Shown here: positions 30,462 to 40,074 of the stretch, piece after piece
Position numbering within the stretch: the stretch's first letter is position 1
Layout of the letters: each line of letters starts with the position of its first letter
From: Acidobacteriota bacterium
Lineage (GTDB): Bacteria > Acidobacteriota > Thermoanaerobaculia > UBA5066 > Gp7-AA6
Direction: 5' to 3'
DNA length: 64,000 nt
Assembly: GCA_046725935.1 (NCBI GenBank)
Contig: JBKOZO010000021.1
Location: 2,752 to 66,751 of the forward strand
Translations under genes and position numbers: made by a program
Notes under the pieces: model-generated
What the model was told of the DNA's origin: nothing
Database searches by the model: none
Seen by the model: the letters and a program-made list of their open reading frames with translations, nothing else

Positions 30462-32154
30462 CGGACGGCGGAAACCCGGGCCGGCTCGGCGCGCAGCCCG
30501 GCCGACCTCGCGTCCGCTGACCGTCGCCGTCGCCCAGGTCGACACCACGGTCGGCGACTTCGAGGGCAACGCCGACCGCATCCTGCACCACGGGCGCCGC
30601 GCCGAGGCGGCCGGCGCGGACATCGTGCTCTTCCCCGAGCTCGCCGTCTGCGGATACCCGCCGCGGGACTTCGTCGAGCGGGCGGCGTTCGTCGCCGACA
30701 CGGAGCGGGCCGCGCAGCGCGTCGCGCGGCGCACCGGCGACGCGGTCTGGATCTTCGGCTCTCTGTTGCACAACGCGTCGGCGCGCGGCCGCCGCGTCCA
30801 CAACGTCGCGGTCGCCGCCCGCCGCGGGCGAGTGATCGGCGTCTATCGCAAGCGGCTGCTCCCGACGTACGACGTCTTCGACGAGGGCCGCTACGTCGAG
30901 CCGGGGAACGCTCCCCTGACGCTGTCGGTCAAGGGGCGACGCGTCGCCGTCACGATCTGCGAGGACATCTGGAACGACAAGACGTTCTGGAAGCACCCTC
31001 TCTATCCGAGCGACCCGCTGGCGGAGCTGAAGGCCCAGTCGCCGGACCTCCACGTCAACATCTCCGCGTCTCCGTACACCCTCGGAAAGCACCGGCTGCG
31101 GCGCCGCATGATGGAGCGGATCGCGCGCTCGACGCGTGTGCCTCTGGTGTTCTGCAACCTCGTCGGCGGCAACGACGGGCTCGTCTTCGACGGATCCTCC
31201 ATGGCGTTCGACGCGCGCGGCCGCCTCGTCGGCGCCGGCAAGCGTTTCGAGGAGGACTTCTGGACGATTTCCCTGCCGGGAGGACACGGCCCCATCCCGT
31301 CCGTGGAATCCGCGGTCCCGGGGTTGCGCCGCGCGCTGGTGCTGGCCCTCTCCGACTACGCCTCGAAGTGCGGTTTCCGCACGGCGGTGCTGGGCCTATC
31401 GGGCGGCATCGATTCGGCGGTCACGGCAGTGCTCGCCGTGGAAGCGCTCGGCGCCGACCGCGTCTACGGCGTGGCGATGCCCGGTCCGTACTCCTCTCCG
31501 GGAAGCCTCACCGACGCGGAGGAGCTGGCCCGCCGGCTCAAGATCCGTTACGAAGTCATCCCGATCGGCGACGTCTTCGAGGCCTACCGCAGGACCTTAG
31601 CGCCGGCGATCGGGGAAGGCGCCTCGTCCGTGACCGAGGAAAACCTGCAGGCCCGCATCCGCGGCGTGATCCTCATGGCGCTGTCGAACCGTTACGGCCA
31701 CCTCGTCCTGTCTACGGGAAACAAGTCCGAGATCGCCGTCGGATACTGCACGCTCTACGGCGACATGGCCGGAGGCTACGCGCTGATCTCCGACGTTCCC
31801 AAGACGATGGTCTACGCGCTCGCGGAGGAGCTCAACCGCGACGGCGTCCGCATCCCGGAAGCGACCATCGAGAAGGCGCCCTCGGCGGAGCTGCGGCCGA
31901 ACCAGAAGGACAGCGATTCGCTGCCTCCGTACGACGTCCTGGATCCTATGGTCGAGGCCCTCGTGGACCGGGCACTGCCGGTCGCCGCCGCCGCGCGCGA
32001 CGTCGGAGTGCCTCTGGCGATGGCGCGCGAGATCGCCCGGCGGATCGACGGAAACGAGTACAAGCGGCGCCAGATGGCGCCGGGTCCCAAGGTGACGGCC
32101 CGCGCCTTCGGCGAAGGCCGCCGGTATCCGATCGCCCAGAAGTACCGTGTCTGA
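30454..32154 (+). CDS. nadE: glutamine-dependent NAD+ synthetase
   Basis: N-terminal CN-hydrolase domain (VAVAQVD...LFPELAVCGYPP...TICEDIW) and C-terminal NAD synthetase domain (LGLSGGIDSAV). The exact start is uncertain (TTG 30454). Confidence 0.92.
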   Translation: MSSGRRKPGPARRAARPTSRPLTVAVAQVDTTVGDFEGNADRILHHGRRAEAAGADIVLFPELAVCGYPPRDFVERAAFVADTERAAQRVARRTGDAVWIFGSLLHNASARGRRVHNVAVAARRGRVIGVYRKRLLPTYDVFDEGRYVEPGNAPLTLSVKGRRVAVTICEDIWNDKTFWKHPLYPSDPLAELKAQSPDLHVNISASPYTLGKHRLRRRMMERIARSTRVPLVFCNLVGGNDGLVFDGSSMAFDARGRLVGAGKRFEEDFWTISLPGGHGPIPSVESAVPGLRRALVLALSDYASKCGFRTAVLGLSGGIDSAVTAVLAVEALGADRVYGVAMPGPYSSPGSLTDAEELARRLKIRYEVIPIGDVFEAYRRTLAPAIGEGASSVTEENLQARIRGVILMALSNRYGHLVLSTGNKSEIAVGYCTLYGDMAGGYALISDVPKTMVYALAEELNRDGVRIPEATIEKAPSAELRPNQKDSDSLPPYDVLDPMVEALVDRALPVAAAARDVGVPLAMAREIARRIDGNEYKRRQMAPGPKVTARAFGEGRRYPIAQKYRV

Positions 32155-32821
32155 GACCTACGCCTGGAAGGAGATCCCGGGGTCTTCCCACGATCTCCTG
32201 CGTCGCCGGATCCGCGCCCTGCCGGAGGGTCTGCGACTTCTGGATCTCGGCGCGGCGGGCGGGCACCTGGGGCGCGCGGTGCGCGACCGCTGCGCGTTTT
32301 TGGCGGGTGTCGAGCCCGACGACCGGCTTCCCGCGTCGTGCCGGGAAGGCTACGACGACTGGCGCGCGTGCGACGCGCTCTCGGCCGGACGCTGGGACGC
32401 GCCGTTCGACGCGGTCGTCTGCGCCGACGTGCTCGAGCACCTGCCGCGCCCCGAGGATCTGCTCGCCCGCATTCGAGAGTGGCTGCGTCCGGGAGGGATT
32501 CTCTTCGCGTCGATCCCCAACGTCGCCAACATCTCGGTGCGCGCGGCGCTGCTGGCCGGACGCTTCCCTTACGCCGAGCGCGGAATCCTGGACCGCACGC
32601 ATCTGAAGTTCTACACGCGCCGCTCGGCCCGCGCGCTCCTGGAGGACGCCGGGTTCCCCGTCCAAAGAGTCACGGCGACGGCGATGCCGTACGAGCTCGC
32701 CATCGGCGCCTTCGGAAGGCCGCCGTTGCGGACGCCGGTGCGGGCATTCGCATCCGGTTCGGCACGGATCTGGCCGACGCTCTTCGGCTACCAGTTCGTC
32801 TTCGAGGCCCAGCGCTCGTGA
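32147..32821 (+). CDS. class I SAM-dependent methyltransferase
   Basis: LRLLDLGAAGGHLG (motif I) and DAVVCADVLEHL. The start overlaps the nadE stop. Confidence 0.8.
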   Translation: MSETYAWKEIPGSSHDLLRRRIRALPEGLRLLDLGAAGGHLGRAVRDRCAFLAGVEPDDRLPASCREGYDDWRACDALSAGRWDAPFDAVVCADVLEHLPRPEDLLARIREWLRPGGILFASIPNVANISVRAALLAGRFPYAERGILDRTHLKFYTRRSARALLEDAGFPVQRVTATAMPYELAIGAFGRPPLRTPVRAFASGSARIWPTLFGYQFVFEAQRS

Positions 32822-33558
32822 AGGCGAGCCTCGTGATCCCCGCCTACAACGAGGCGAGGCGGATCGAAGCGTGCGTGCGGGACGTCGCCGAGTGGTCACG
32901 GGCGCGTCCGGGAGGAATCGACTGGGAGGTCCTCCTGGTGGACGACGGCTCGACCGACGACACGGCCTCGCTCGCCCGCCGCTTTGCCGCGGAGGAAGGT
33001 CTCGACCTGAAGGTCCTGGGCTACGAACGCAACCGCGGCAAGGGAGCCGCGATCCGCGTCGGCGTCCTCGCGTCGAAGGGAGATCCGGTCCTCGTGTCGG
33101 ACACGGACCTCTCCACACCGCTCTCGGAGTGGTCCAAGCTCGCCGAGCGCCTTCCGGATCACCCGGTCGCCATCGGCTCCCGGGCGCTGGAGCAGGAGCT
33201 CGTCCGCAAGCGGCAGGCCTTCTACCGGGTGTGGCTGGGCCGGGCGGGCAACGCCGTGATCCAGCTCTTCGCCGTGCCCGGCATCGAGGACACCCAGTGC
33301 GGCTTCAAGCTCTTCCGCGGCGACGCGGCCCGCGCCCTCTTTTCCGAGGCGCAGGTCGACCGCTTCGCTTGGGACGTCGAGATCCTCTATCTCGCGCGGC
33401 GGCGCGGCCTCGCGATCGCCGAGGTCCCCGTCATCTGGATCAACTCCCCCGAGTCGAAGGTGCGGTTCGTGCGCGATGCGATCCAGACGCTCTGGGACGT
33501 GCTGCGCATCCGGTGGCTGCACCGCAAACGTCAGGCGCGGGCCGCTCCTCCGGCGTAG
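32818..33558 (+). CDS. GT2 polyprenyl-phosphate glycosyltransferase (dolichyl-phosphate glucosyl/mannosyltransferase-like)
   Basis: The GTG 32818 start overlaps the methyltransferase stop (GTGA). ASLVIPAYNEARRI...LLVDDGSTDDT...NRGKGAA...SDTDLSTP. Confidence 0.88.
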   Translation: MKASLVIPAYNEARRIEACVRDVAEWSRARPGGIDWEVLLVDDGSTDDTASLARRFAAEEGLDLKVLGYERNRGKGAAIRVGVLASKGDPVLVSDTDLSTPLSEWSKLAERLPDHPVAIGSRALEQELVRKRQAFYRVWLGRAGNAVIQLFAVPGIEDTQCGFKLFRGDAARALFSEAQVDRFAWDVEILYLARRRGLAIAEVPVIWINSPESKVRFVRDAIQTLWDVLRIRWLHRKRQARAAPPA

Positions 33559-34817
33559 CGCACGGCGACAGCGGCCGCGAGGAGCGGCGCGAGAGCGGCG
33601 GTCGTGCGCAGCAACGTCGTGTCGATCAACCAGGCGGGGCCTCGGACGGCGAACGCGGGAATGACGAGGTAGGCGGCGACGCCGGCGGCGCCGAGCAGAA
33701 GGAGCCGGTTCCCAGAGGTCACGGAGCGGCCCGCGGCGATCAGCACCGCGACGAGCACGAGGCCGAGCCAGGTCTTCGGGCCGAGCAGCCGTCCGGCCTC
33801 CGCGAGCGAGTCCCACACGCGGGTCGTCGAAAAAAGCCCGGCTTCGAAGTCCGCCAGCGGAATGCGGCTGCGCCACGGCCAGTGCAGCGCCCGCACGAGA
33901 ATCGCCGGCGCGAGTGCCGCGAGCGCGATCCTCCAGCGACTTCCCTTCCCGAGAACGAGGGCGATCGACGCGCCGGCGATCGCGAAGAACAAGCCCTCGT
34001 TCTTCGTCGCCGCGATCATCAAAGCCGCGACGACCAGACGGCGAAGCGCCCCCGCGTCCGTCCGGTCGAGCGCGTCGGCCAGCGAGGCGCCGAACAGGAG
34101 CACCCCGAAGGCCAGCGGGACCTCCGCCATGCCCGTCAGGAACCCGGAGTAGAGGGGCTCGAACCACGCGACGAGGACCGCGGCCAGACCCGCAATCTCC
34201 AGCGAGACGCCCCGACGCCGCAGCCATCCGACCAGGACGACGAGCGTGCCGACTTGAAACAGCGGAAACAGCAGCGCCATCGCGTGGTCGTCCCAGTGGC
34301 CGAAGAGGAAGGAGACCGCCGCGTAGAGGAGGGGCACGCCCAGCGGATATTCGGGATGGGCGTACTCGAGCGAGGTCAGCCAATCCGGATAAGCCCTCGC
34401 CCCGTAAATCGTCTTTCCCTTCAGCCCCCAGATCGCGATGAAGTCGTTGGCCCACATCGGCTCCGTCAGGGCGCGCAGCGCGTAGAGCGCGACGCCGAGC
34501 GCAGCGGCCAGAACCAGGATCGCGGGGAGTTTACCGGGCGACGTGCCCCTGTAATCCGGGGCCAGCCGGAACCGCCGGAGGAGCGCGAGCAGCACCGCGG
34601 CCATGGCGATCAGAACGAGCAGCGGCGCGACGTGGAGGGTCAGCGCCGGAGGCACGGACGCGGTGAGGAGCGCGCAGCCCAGGGCGTAGGACCAGCCCAG
34701 GCGTTCGAGACGAAAGCGCTCTCCGGCAGGAAGCAACGCCGTGGAGACCGCGAATCCGAGCAGCCAAGCGCCGAAAAGAACCGCTCCGACGCCGAGGAGC
34801 GAGAGAACGAGCGTCAC
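33531..34817 (-). CDS. polytopic membrane protein (possible GT-C-like glycosyltransferase)
   Basis: ORF track. 428 aa with more than 10 hydrophobic spans. Convergent with the GT2 gene, overlapping it by 28 nt. No catalytic motif recognised with confidence. Confidence 0.65.
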   Translation of the reverse strand: MTLVLSLLGVGAVLFGAWLLGFAVSTALLPAGERFRLERLGWSYALGCALLTASVPPALTLHVAPLLVLIAMAAVLLALLRRFRLAPDYRGTSPGKLPAILVLAAALGVALYALRALTEPMWANDFIAIWGLKGKTIYGARAYPDWLTSLEYAHPEYPLGVPLLYAAVSFLFGHWDDHAMALLFPLFQVGTLVVLVGWLRRRGVSLEIAGLAAVLVAWFEPLYSGFLTGMAEVPLAFGVLLFGASLADALDRTDAGALRRLVVAALMIAATKNEGLFFAIAGASIALVLGKGSRWRIALAALAPAILVRALHWPWRSRIPLADFEAGLFSTTRVWDSLAEAGRLLGPKTWLGLVLVAVLIAAGRSVTSGNRLLLLGAAGVAAYLVIPAFAVRGPAWLIDTTLLRTTAALAPLLAAAVAVRYAGGAARA

Positions 34818-35269
34818 GGTTTCTCAACCCGGATCGGCGAGGCTGGCCAGGGCTCGAGGAGAACACCCTCGGGAAGCCGCGCGAGGACGCCGCCGGCCCC
34901 CTCCGCCGGAAACTCACCGTACGCGGCGACGACGCTCCGGCCCGACCCTGCATGCCGGTCGAGTTCGCCGACTGCTCGCGGCGCGAGCCAGTAGCTAGCC
35001 AGATACAGATGCGCTGGATCGCCCGGAGTATTGTCGAGGGCGACGCCCGCCGTCTCGGGCGGAAGGCTTCGGCGCACGTTCTCCAGAAACGAGAAATAGC
35101 GCCGATCGAACGCCGTGCCCGAGCCTCCCAGGCGCCGTATCGCGAGCTCCTTCGGCGCGAACGCTGCCAGCGACCGCACCCGCCGCGGCAGCTCCGCCCA
35201 GCTCTGATCGAGGAGAATCAGCGCCAGCAGCACTCCGGCGGCGGCGCCCGCGATTCTCCGGCGCGTCAC
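34814..35269 (-). CDS. membrane-anchored hypothetical protein (151 aa)
   Basis: The GTG 35269 start overlaps the glyA stop (GTGA). The stop overlaps the next start (ATGA at 34814-34817). TM segment [14 protein letters not shown]. The rest of listed ORF 34814-35914 is a shadow of glyA. Confidence 0.6.
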   Translation of the reverse strand: MTRRRIAGAAAGVLLALILLDQSWAELPRRVRSLAAFAPKELAIRRLGGSGTAFDRRYFSFLENVRRSLPPETAGVALDNTPGDPAHLYLASYWLAPRAVGELDRHAGSGRSVVAAYGEFPAEGAGGVLARLPEGVLLEPWPASPIRVEKP

Positions 35270-36534
35270 ACCAGCGGGTAGGCGGCGCAGAGTTCCGACA
35301 CCGTGCGTCGGATCTCGGCCTGGACCGCGGCGTCGTCCTTGGCTTCGAGCGCGCGGGCGATCGCCCCGCCGATGATCTCCATCTCGGCGGTTCCCATGCC
35401 GCGCGTCGTGACGGCGGGCGTGCCGAGGCGGATGCCGGAGGCGACCATCGGAGAGCGCGTGTCGAACGGGATCGTGTTCTTGTTGACGGTCAGGCCGACT
35501 TTCTCGAGCGTCTTCTCCGCGTCCTTGCCCGAGATCCCCTTCGCGCCCACGTCCACCAGGATCAGATGGTTGTCGGTCCCGCGGCCGACCAGCCGGAAGC
35601 CGCGGCCCGAGAGAGCCGCCGCGAGCGCTTTCGCATTCTCGACGACGCGGCGCTGGTAGGCCACGAACTCCGGAGTCCCCGCCTCGGCGAAGGCCACGGC
35701 CTTGGCCGCGATCACGTGCTCGAGCGGGCCTCCCTGGATGCCGGGGAAAACGTTGCGGTCGAGGTCCTTCGCGTGCGCCGTGCGGCAGAGGACGAGCCCT
35801 CCCCTCGGCCCGCGCAGGGTCTTGTGCGTCGTCGTCGTCACGAACGGAGCGTGCGGAACCGGCGACGGATGAAGCCCGGCGATGACCAGCCCCGCGACGT
35901 GCGCGATGTCGCACATCAACGCGGCGCCGACCTCGTCGGCGACCCTGCCGAACTGTTCGAAGTCGATGACGCGAGCGTAGGCCGAGGCGCCGGCGATGAT
36001 CATCTTCGGCCGGTGCTCGCGCGCCAGCGCGGCCAGCGCCTCGTAGTCGATACGCTCGTCTTCGCGGCGCACGCCGTAGGCGACGACCTTGTACTCCCGC
36101 CCCGAGAACGAGAGCGGATGCCCGTGCGTCAGGTGGCCGCCGTGAGTTAAGTCCATGCCCAGGATCGTGTCTCCCGGCTGGAGCGCCGTCAGGTAGACCG
36201 CCATGTTCGCCTGCGAGCCCGAGTGCGGCTGGACGTTGGCGTGCTCCGCCGCGAAGAGCGCCTTCGCCCGGTCGATCGCGAGCTGCTCGACCTTGTCGAT
36301 GAACTCGCAGCCGCCGTAGTAGCGCTTCCCGGGATAGCCCTCGGCATACTTGTTGGTCAGGACCGAGCCCTGCGCTTCGCGCACGGCGCGCGAGACCCAG
36401 TTCTCCGACGCGATCAGCTCGATGCCCTCGTTCTGCCGGCGCGCCTCGGCGGCGATCCAGCGGGCCGTCTCCGGATCCACGACCTCGAGGTCGCGATCCA
36501 TCAGGGAAGCGGGGCGGCCGGCCGCGGTCTCCAT
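35266..36534 (-). CDS. glyA: serine hydroxymethyltransferase
   Basis: ...[13 protein letters not shown]...[15 protein letters not shown]...[13 protein letters not shown]... Confidence 0.97.
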   Translation of the reverse strand: METAAGRPASLMDRDLEVVDPETARWIAAEARRQNEGIELIASENWVSRAVREAQGSVLTNKYAEGYPGKRYYGGCEFIDKVEQLAIDRAKALFAAEHANVQPHSGSQANMAVYLTALQPGDTILGMDLTHGGHLTHGHPLSFSGREYKVVAYGVRREDERIDYEALAALAREHRPKMIIAGASAYARVIDFEQFGRVADEVGAALMCDIAHVAGLVIAGLHPSPVPHAPFVTTTTHKTLRGPRGGLVLCRTAHAKDLDRNVFPGIQGGPLEHVIAAKAVAFAEAGTPEFVAYQRRVVENAKALAAALSGRGFRLVGRGTDNHLILVDVGAKGISGKDAEKTLEKVGLTVNKNTIPFDTRSPMVASGIRLGTPAVTTRGMGTAEMEIIGGAIARALEAKDDAAVQAEIRRTVSELCAAYPLV

Positions 36535-36544
36535 GGGGTCCTCT

Positions 36545-37816
36545 CTATTCGACGACGAGCTGTCGGTATTCGGAATTGCAGTAACTGTCTGTCATGCCGG
36601 CGATGTGGTCGGCGATGGCGCGGTAGAAGCCGGGCCGCGTGCGGTAGCGCTCTTCGACCTCCCGGTCGACCTGCGTGAGGGCAACCTCCCGGAGAAACGG
36701 CACCGAAAGCTCCTGCTCCAGGACACGCAGCACGTCGTCGGGCAGGAGCCTCGGATTCTCGGCGTAGGCCCGGAAGAGGCCGGAGAGCACGCGCCGGGCG
36801 TGGCCGTCGTGCCGCGACACCGGGAAGGAGTGAATGATGTGCCGGTACACGAACTCGCGCAGCTCCGCGTAGAGACGCCGGCCCGCGTCGGTGAAGCCCA
36901 CGAGGTCTCCGGGCAGGCGGTCGCGCCGCGCGTAGAAGTCGTCGGCCGTCTCGATCCGGACGCTTTCGAGCCAGCGCTCGATCCGGGCCCGCGAACCCTC
37001 TACGAGGTCCGCGGAGAGGATTCCGATCATGCCGCGGATCAGGGCGGCGCGCCGCGACGCCGCGTCGCTGCCCCAGCCGCGCGCGGCGCGGACCTGCTTG
37101 GAGATCGCGAGCTCCTCGATGGCCCGCTCTTCGGTCAGCGGCAGGCCGTCCTCGAGATCGTGCGTCTGCTGCGCGATCTCGTCGGTCCAGTTGACGACCT
37201 GCGCTTCGAGACTTCCTCCCGACTCGAACCGCAGGCCCTCCGGGAAATCCAGCGGGAACGGAAAGTCGCGCGGCCAGGCGGTGTGCTTCAGGACGCCTTC
37301 GCGCACGTCGTGGGTCATGTTCAGGCCGGGTTCCTCGTAGCGCTTCTCGAGGCGGTCGAGGACGCGGACGGACTGGAAGTTGTGCTTGAAGCCCCCCGCC
37401 TCCGGGTGGCTCTCGCGGAGCAGCCGATCCAGGACGTATTCGCCCGAGTGGCCGAACGGCGTGTGTCCGAGGTCGTGTCCCAGGGCCACGGCCTCGGTCA
37501 GGTCCTCGTTCAGGCCCAGCGCGCGGGCGACGCTGCGCGCGATCTGCGACACCTCGATCGTGTGCGTCAGGCGCGTGCGGAAGTGGTCCCCCTCGTAGGG
37601 GATGAAGACCTGCGTCTTGTGCTTGAGCCTGCGAAAGGCCCGCGAGTGGATGATGCGGTCGCGGTCGCGAGCGTAGTCGGTCCGCGCGTCGCCGGGGCTG
37701 GACGACACCGGGCCTCGGGGACGCTGCGCGCGGGCGCTCTTGGAGGCGAAGACGGCGAGACGCTCCTCCTCGAGCCGCTCGAAGTGCTCCCGCGAATACG
37801 CGACGGCGGTGGTCAT
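36545..37816 (-). CDS. dgt: dGTP triphosphohydrolase-like HD-domain protein
   Basis: The ATG 37816 start overlaps the folC stop (ATGA). [21 protein letters not shown]...[17 protein letters not shown]...[11 protein letters not shown]. Confidence 0.9.
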   Translation of the reverse strand: MTTAVAYSREHFERLEEERLAVFASKSARAQRPRGPVSSSPGDARTDYARDRDRIIHSRAFRRLKHKTQVFIPYEGDHFRTRLTHTIEVSQIARSVARALGLNEDLTEAVALGHDLGHTPFGHSGEYVLDRLLRESHPEAGGFKHNFQSVRVLDRLEKRYEEPGLNMTHDVREGVLKHTAWPRDFPFPLDFPEGLRFESGGSLEAQVVNWTDEIAQQTHDLEDGLPLTEERAIEELAISKQVRAARGWGSDAASRRAALIRGMIGILSADLVEGSRARIERWLESVRIETADDFYARRDRLPGDLVGFTDAGRRLYAELREFVYRHIIHSFPVSRHDGHARRVLSGLFRAYAENPRLLPDDVLRVLEQELSVPFLREVALTQVDREVEERYRTRPGFYRAIADHIAGMTDSYCNSEYRQLVVE

Positions 37817-39129
37817 GGTCTTTCGTCGAAGCGGCCGGAAAGGAGCGCCGCGCGCGCCTCGCCGACCAGATACAGAGAGCCCGCGATGATTATAGTTTCC
37901 GCGGTCGGCCTCACGAGGAGCTCTTCCATCGCCGCTTCCAGGCTCCTTGCGGGAGCGGCGTCGGGCCGGGCGTCGGAGAAGCGGCGGGCGAGGTCCTCCG
38001 GCGACGCCGCGCGGTCCGAGGCCGCCGGAACGAGGCGGATGCGCGTGACGGCGGGGCCGAGCGCCGCGGCCATCGCCTCGACGTCCTTGTCGGCCATCGC
38101 TCCGAAGACGAGGTCGGGCGCGACCCGCACCTCCGAAAGAAAGCGGCGCAGGGCGAGCGCGCCGTCGGCGTTGTGACAGCCGTCGAGGAGGACCGTCGCG
38201 CCGCGCACGCGGAAGCGCTCGAGACGCCCCGGCCAGCGCACCGACGCGACGCCGCGCGCGATCGTCTCGGCGGAGAGATCGGGCTCGAGCAATTCGGCGG
38301 CCCGGACCGCCGTCGCGGCGTTGCGGGCCTGGTGCGCGCCCAGGAGCGGCGTCTCGAGGGCGTACTCGCGGACCGGTGTGGCCAGTCGGAAGCGCGTGGC
38401 CTCGAGCGTGGCCTCGACTCCGGTCAGGCACGTCTCCTTCTCCATCTCGTGCAGCCGCGTGCCGACGTTCCTCGCCGCATTCCGGAAGGCCTCCCGCACG
38501 GGCTCGAGCGGGCTTTCGACGAGCGCCGGCTTGCCCGCGCGGAAGATGCCGGCCTTCTCCGCCGCGATCGCGGCGACGGTTCCGCCGAGCTCCTCGATGT
38601 GGTCGAGGGATATCGACGTCACGACCGAGACGGAGGCCGGCGCGACGTTGGTGGCGTCGAACCTCCCCCCCAATCCGACCTCCAGGACGGCCAGGTCGAG
38701 GTTCCGGCGCGCGAAGACCGAAAACGCTGCGGCCGTCATCGCCTCGAAATACGTCACGGGCACTTCGGGCGCGCGGTCCGCCGCGGTGAAGACCTCGCCG
38801 AGGACGTCGTCGAGCTCTTCCGGAGCGATGTCGACGGGGCCTAGCCGGATTCGCTCCGTCACGTCGATCAAGTGCGGGGAGGTGTAGAGACCCGTTGTCA
38901 GGCCCGCCTCCGCGGCGATCGAGGCGAGCGTGGCCGCCGCCGAGCCCTTGCCGTTGGTCCCGGCCACCAGCACCGATTCCACCTTGCGCTCCGGCCGGCC
39001 CAGCCGCTCGCAGACGGCGTCGATTGCAGCCAGCCCCAGCTTCATGCCGCGGATGCCGAGGGACTCCAGGCGGGCGAGATTCGGGAGGCGGGAGGCGGAA
39101 GGCGGGAGGCGGGAGGAAGGGAACGACAA
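37813..39129 (-). CDS. folC: bifunctional folylpolyglutamate synthase / dihydrofolate synthase
   Basis: ...GLAAIDAVCERLGRPERKVESVLVAGTNGKGSAAA... The listed start is TTG 39129. Codons 5-15 are encoded by the heptamer repeat. Confidence 0.9.
   Translation of the reverse strand: MSFPSSRLPPSASRLPNLARLESLGIRGMKLGLAAIDAVCERLGRPERKVESVLVAGTNGKGSAAATLASIAAEAGLTTGLYTSPHLIDVTERIRLGPVDIAPEELDDVLGEVFTAADRAPEVPVTYFEAMTAAAFSVFARRNLDLAVLEVGLGGRFDATNVAPASVSVVTSISLDHIEELGGTVAAIAAEKAGIFRAGKPALVESPLEPVREAFRNAARNVGTRLHEMEKETCLTGVEATLEATRFRLATPVREYALETPLLGAHQARNAATAVRAAELLEPDLSAETIARGVASVRWPGRLERFRVRGATVLLDGCHNADGALALRRFLSEVRVAPDLVFGAMADKDVEAMAAALGPAVTRIRLVPAASDRAASPEDLARRFSDARPDAAPARSLEAAMEELLVRPTAETIIIAGSLYLVGEARAALLSGRFDERP
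39083..39117. repeat. five tandem heptamers (GGGAGGC-like), G-rich on the + strand
   Basis: GGGAGGC GGGAGGC GGAAGGC GGGAGGC GGGAGGA read directly from the sequence. They lie inside the first codons of folC (minus strand). Confidence 0.8.
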
Positions 39130-39135
39130 CGTCTC

Positions 39136-39164
39136 GCCTACCCCCCTGCCGCCTACCGCCTACC
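39136..39164. repeat. inverted partner array (GCCTACC x3) at the accD 3' end and accD-folC spacer
   Basis: GCCTACC at 39136-39142, 39151-39157 and 39158-39164. The reverse complement GGTAGGC differs from GGGAGGC at one position. Confidence 0.7.
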
Positions 39165-40008
39165 GACCCTCGTAGAGCAGTCGCAGGCAGCGGCCGAGCG
39201 TCGCCTTCATCTCCGAGCGTTCGACGATCATGTCGAGCATCCCGTGCTCGAGCAGAAACTCGGAGCGCTGGAACCCCTCGGGCAGCGTCTGCCGGATCGT
39301 CTGCTCGATGACGCGCGGGCCCGCAAAGCCGATCAGGGCGTTGGGCTCGGCGATGTTCAGGTCTCCGAGCATCGCGTACGACGCCGTGACGCCGCCGGTC
39401 GTGGGATCCGTCATGACCGAGATGTAGGGAATCTTGCCCTCGGAGAGCCGTCCGAGCGCCGCCGCGATCTTGGCCATCTGCATCAGCGAAAGGATGCCTT
39501 CCTGCATCCGCGCGCCGCCGGACGTCGACACCAGGATGAGCGGACGCCGGTCGGTCAGGGCCCGCTCGGCGGCGCGGGCGATCTTCTCGCCGACGACGGA
39601 TCCCATGGATCCGGCCATGAAGAAGAATTCCATGGCGCCGATCAGGACCGGGATCTCTTCGAGCGAGCCCGAGGTGATCACGATCGCGTCGGAAGGGCCG
39701 ACCGAGGCCTCGGCATCCCGAAGCCGGTCGCGATATTTCTTGCTGTCACGAAACTTCAGGGGATCCGAGGAGCGAAGGCCCGTGTCCATCTCGACGTACT
39801 TCTCGTCGTCGAAGAGCATCCGCAGACGTTCCGGCGCGGAGAGGCGGAAGTGGTAGCCGCACTTCGGACAGATCTTGAAGTTCCGCGCGAGCTCCTTGTT
39901 GTAGAGGATCTGCCGGCAGTTGTCGCACTTGACCCAGAGCCCCTCGGGCACCTTGCTCGTGCGTCCCTCGCGGACTTCCTTGGGCGCCCGATCTTTTTTG
40001 AACCACAT
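39160..40008 (-). CDS. accD: acetyl-CoA carboxylase carboxyltransferase beta subunit
   Basis: N-terminal zinc ribbon (VKCDNCRQILY...CPKCGYHFR) followed by the carboxyltransferase fold. Confidence 0.95.
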   Translation of the reverse strand: MWFKKDRAPKEVREGRTSKVPEGLWVKCDNCRQILYNKELARNFKICPKCGYHFRLSAPERLRMLFDDEKYVEMDTGLRSSDPLKFRDSKKYRDRLRDAEASVGPSDAIVITSGSLEEIPVLIGAMEFFFMAGSMGSVVGEKIARAAERALTDRRPLILVSTSGGARMQEGILSLMQMAKIAAALGRLSEGKIPYISVMTDPTTGGVTASYAMLGDLNIAEPNALIGFAGPRVIEQTIRQTLPEGFQRSEFLLEHGMLDMIVERSEMKATLGRCLRLLYEGR

Positions 40009-40074
40009 GTGTCGAAGGACGCGATCCTAGCAGGAAGCCGGCGGCCGGGTGTCAAACAACTCGGCCCAGAAGAC

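Noticed and set aside
36545-38431. 628-aa version of the dGTPase-like ORF
   Set aside because: The N-terminal 205 codons overlap folC and are Arg/Pro/Gly-rich. ATG 37816, coupled to the folC stop by an ATGA overlap, gives a normal-length HD-domain protein.
39083-39164. Possible CRISPR or minisatellite at the heptamer repeats
   Set aside because: The units are 7 nt with no spacers, and the arrays are under 40 nt and partly coding. This is not a CRISPR array. It is reported instead as inverted heptamer arrays.
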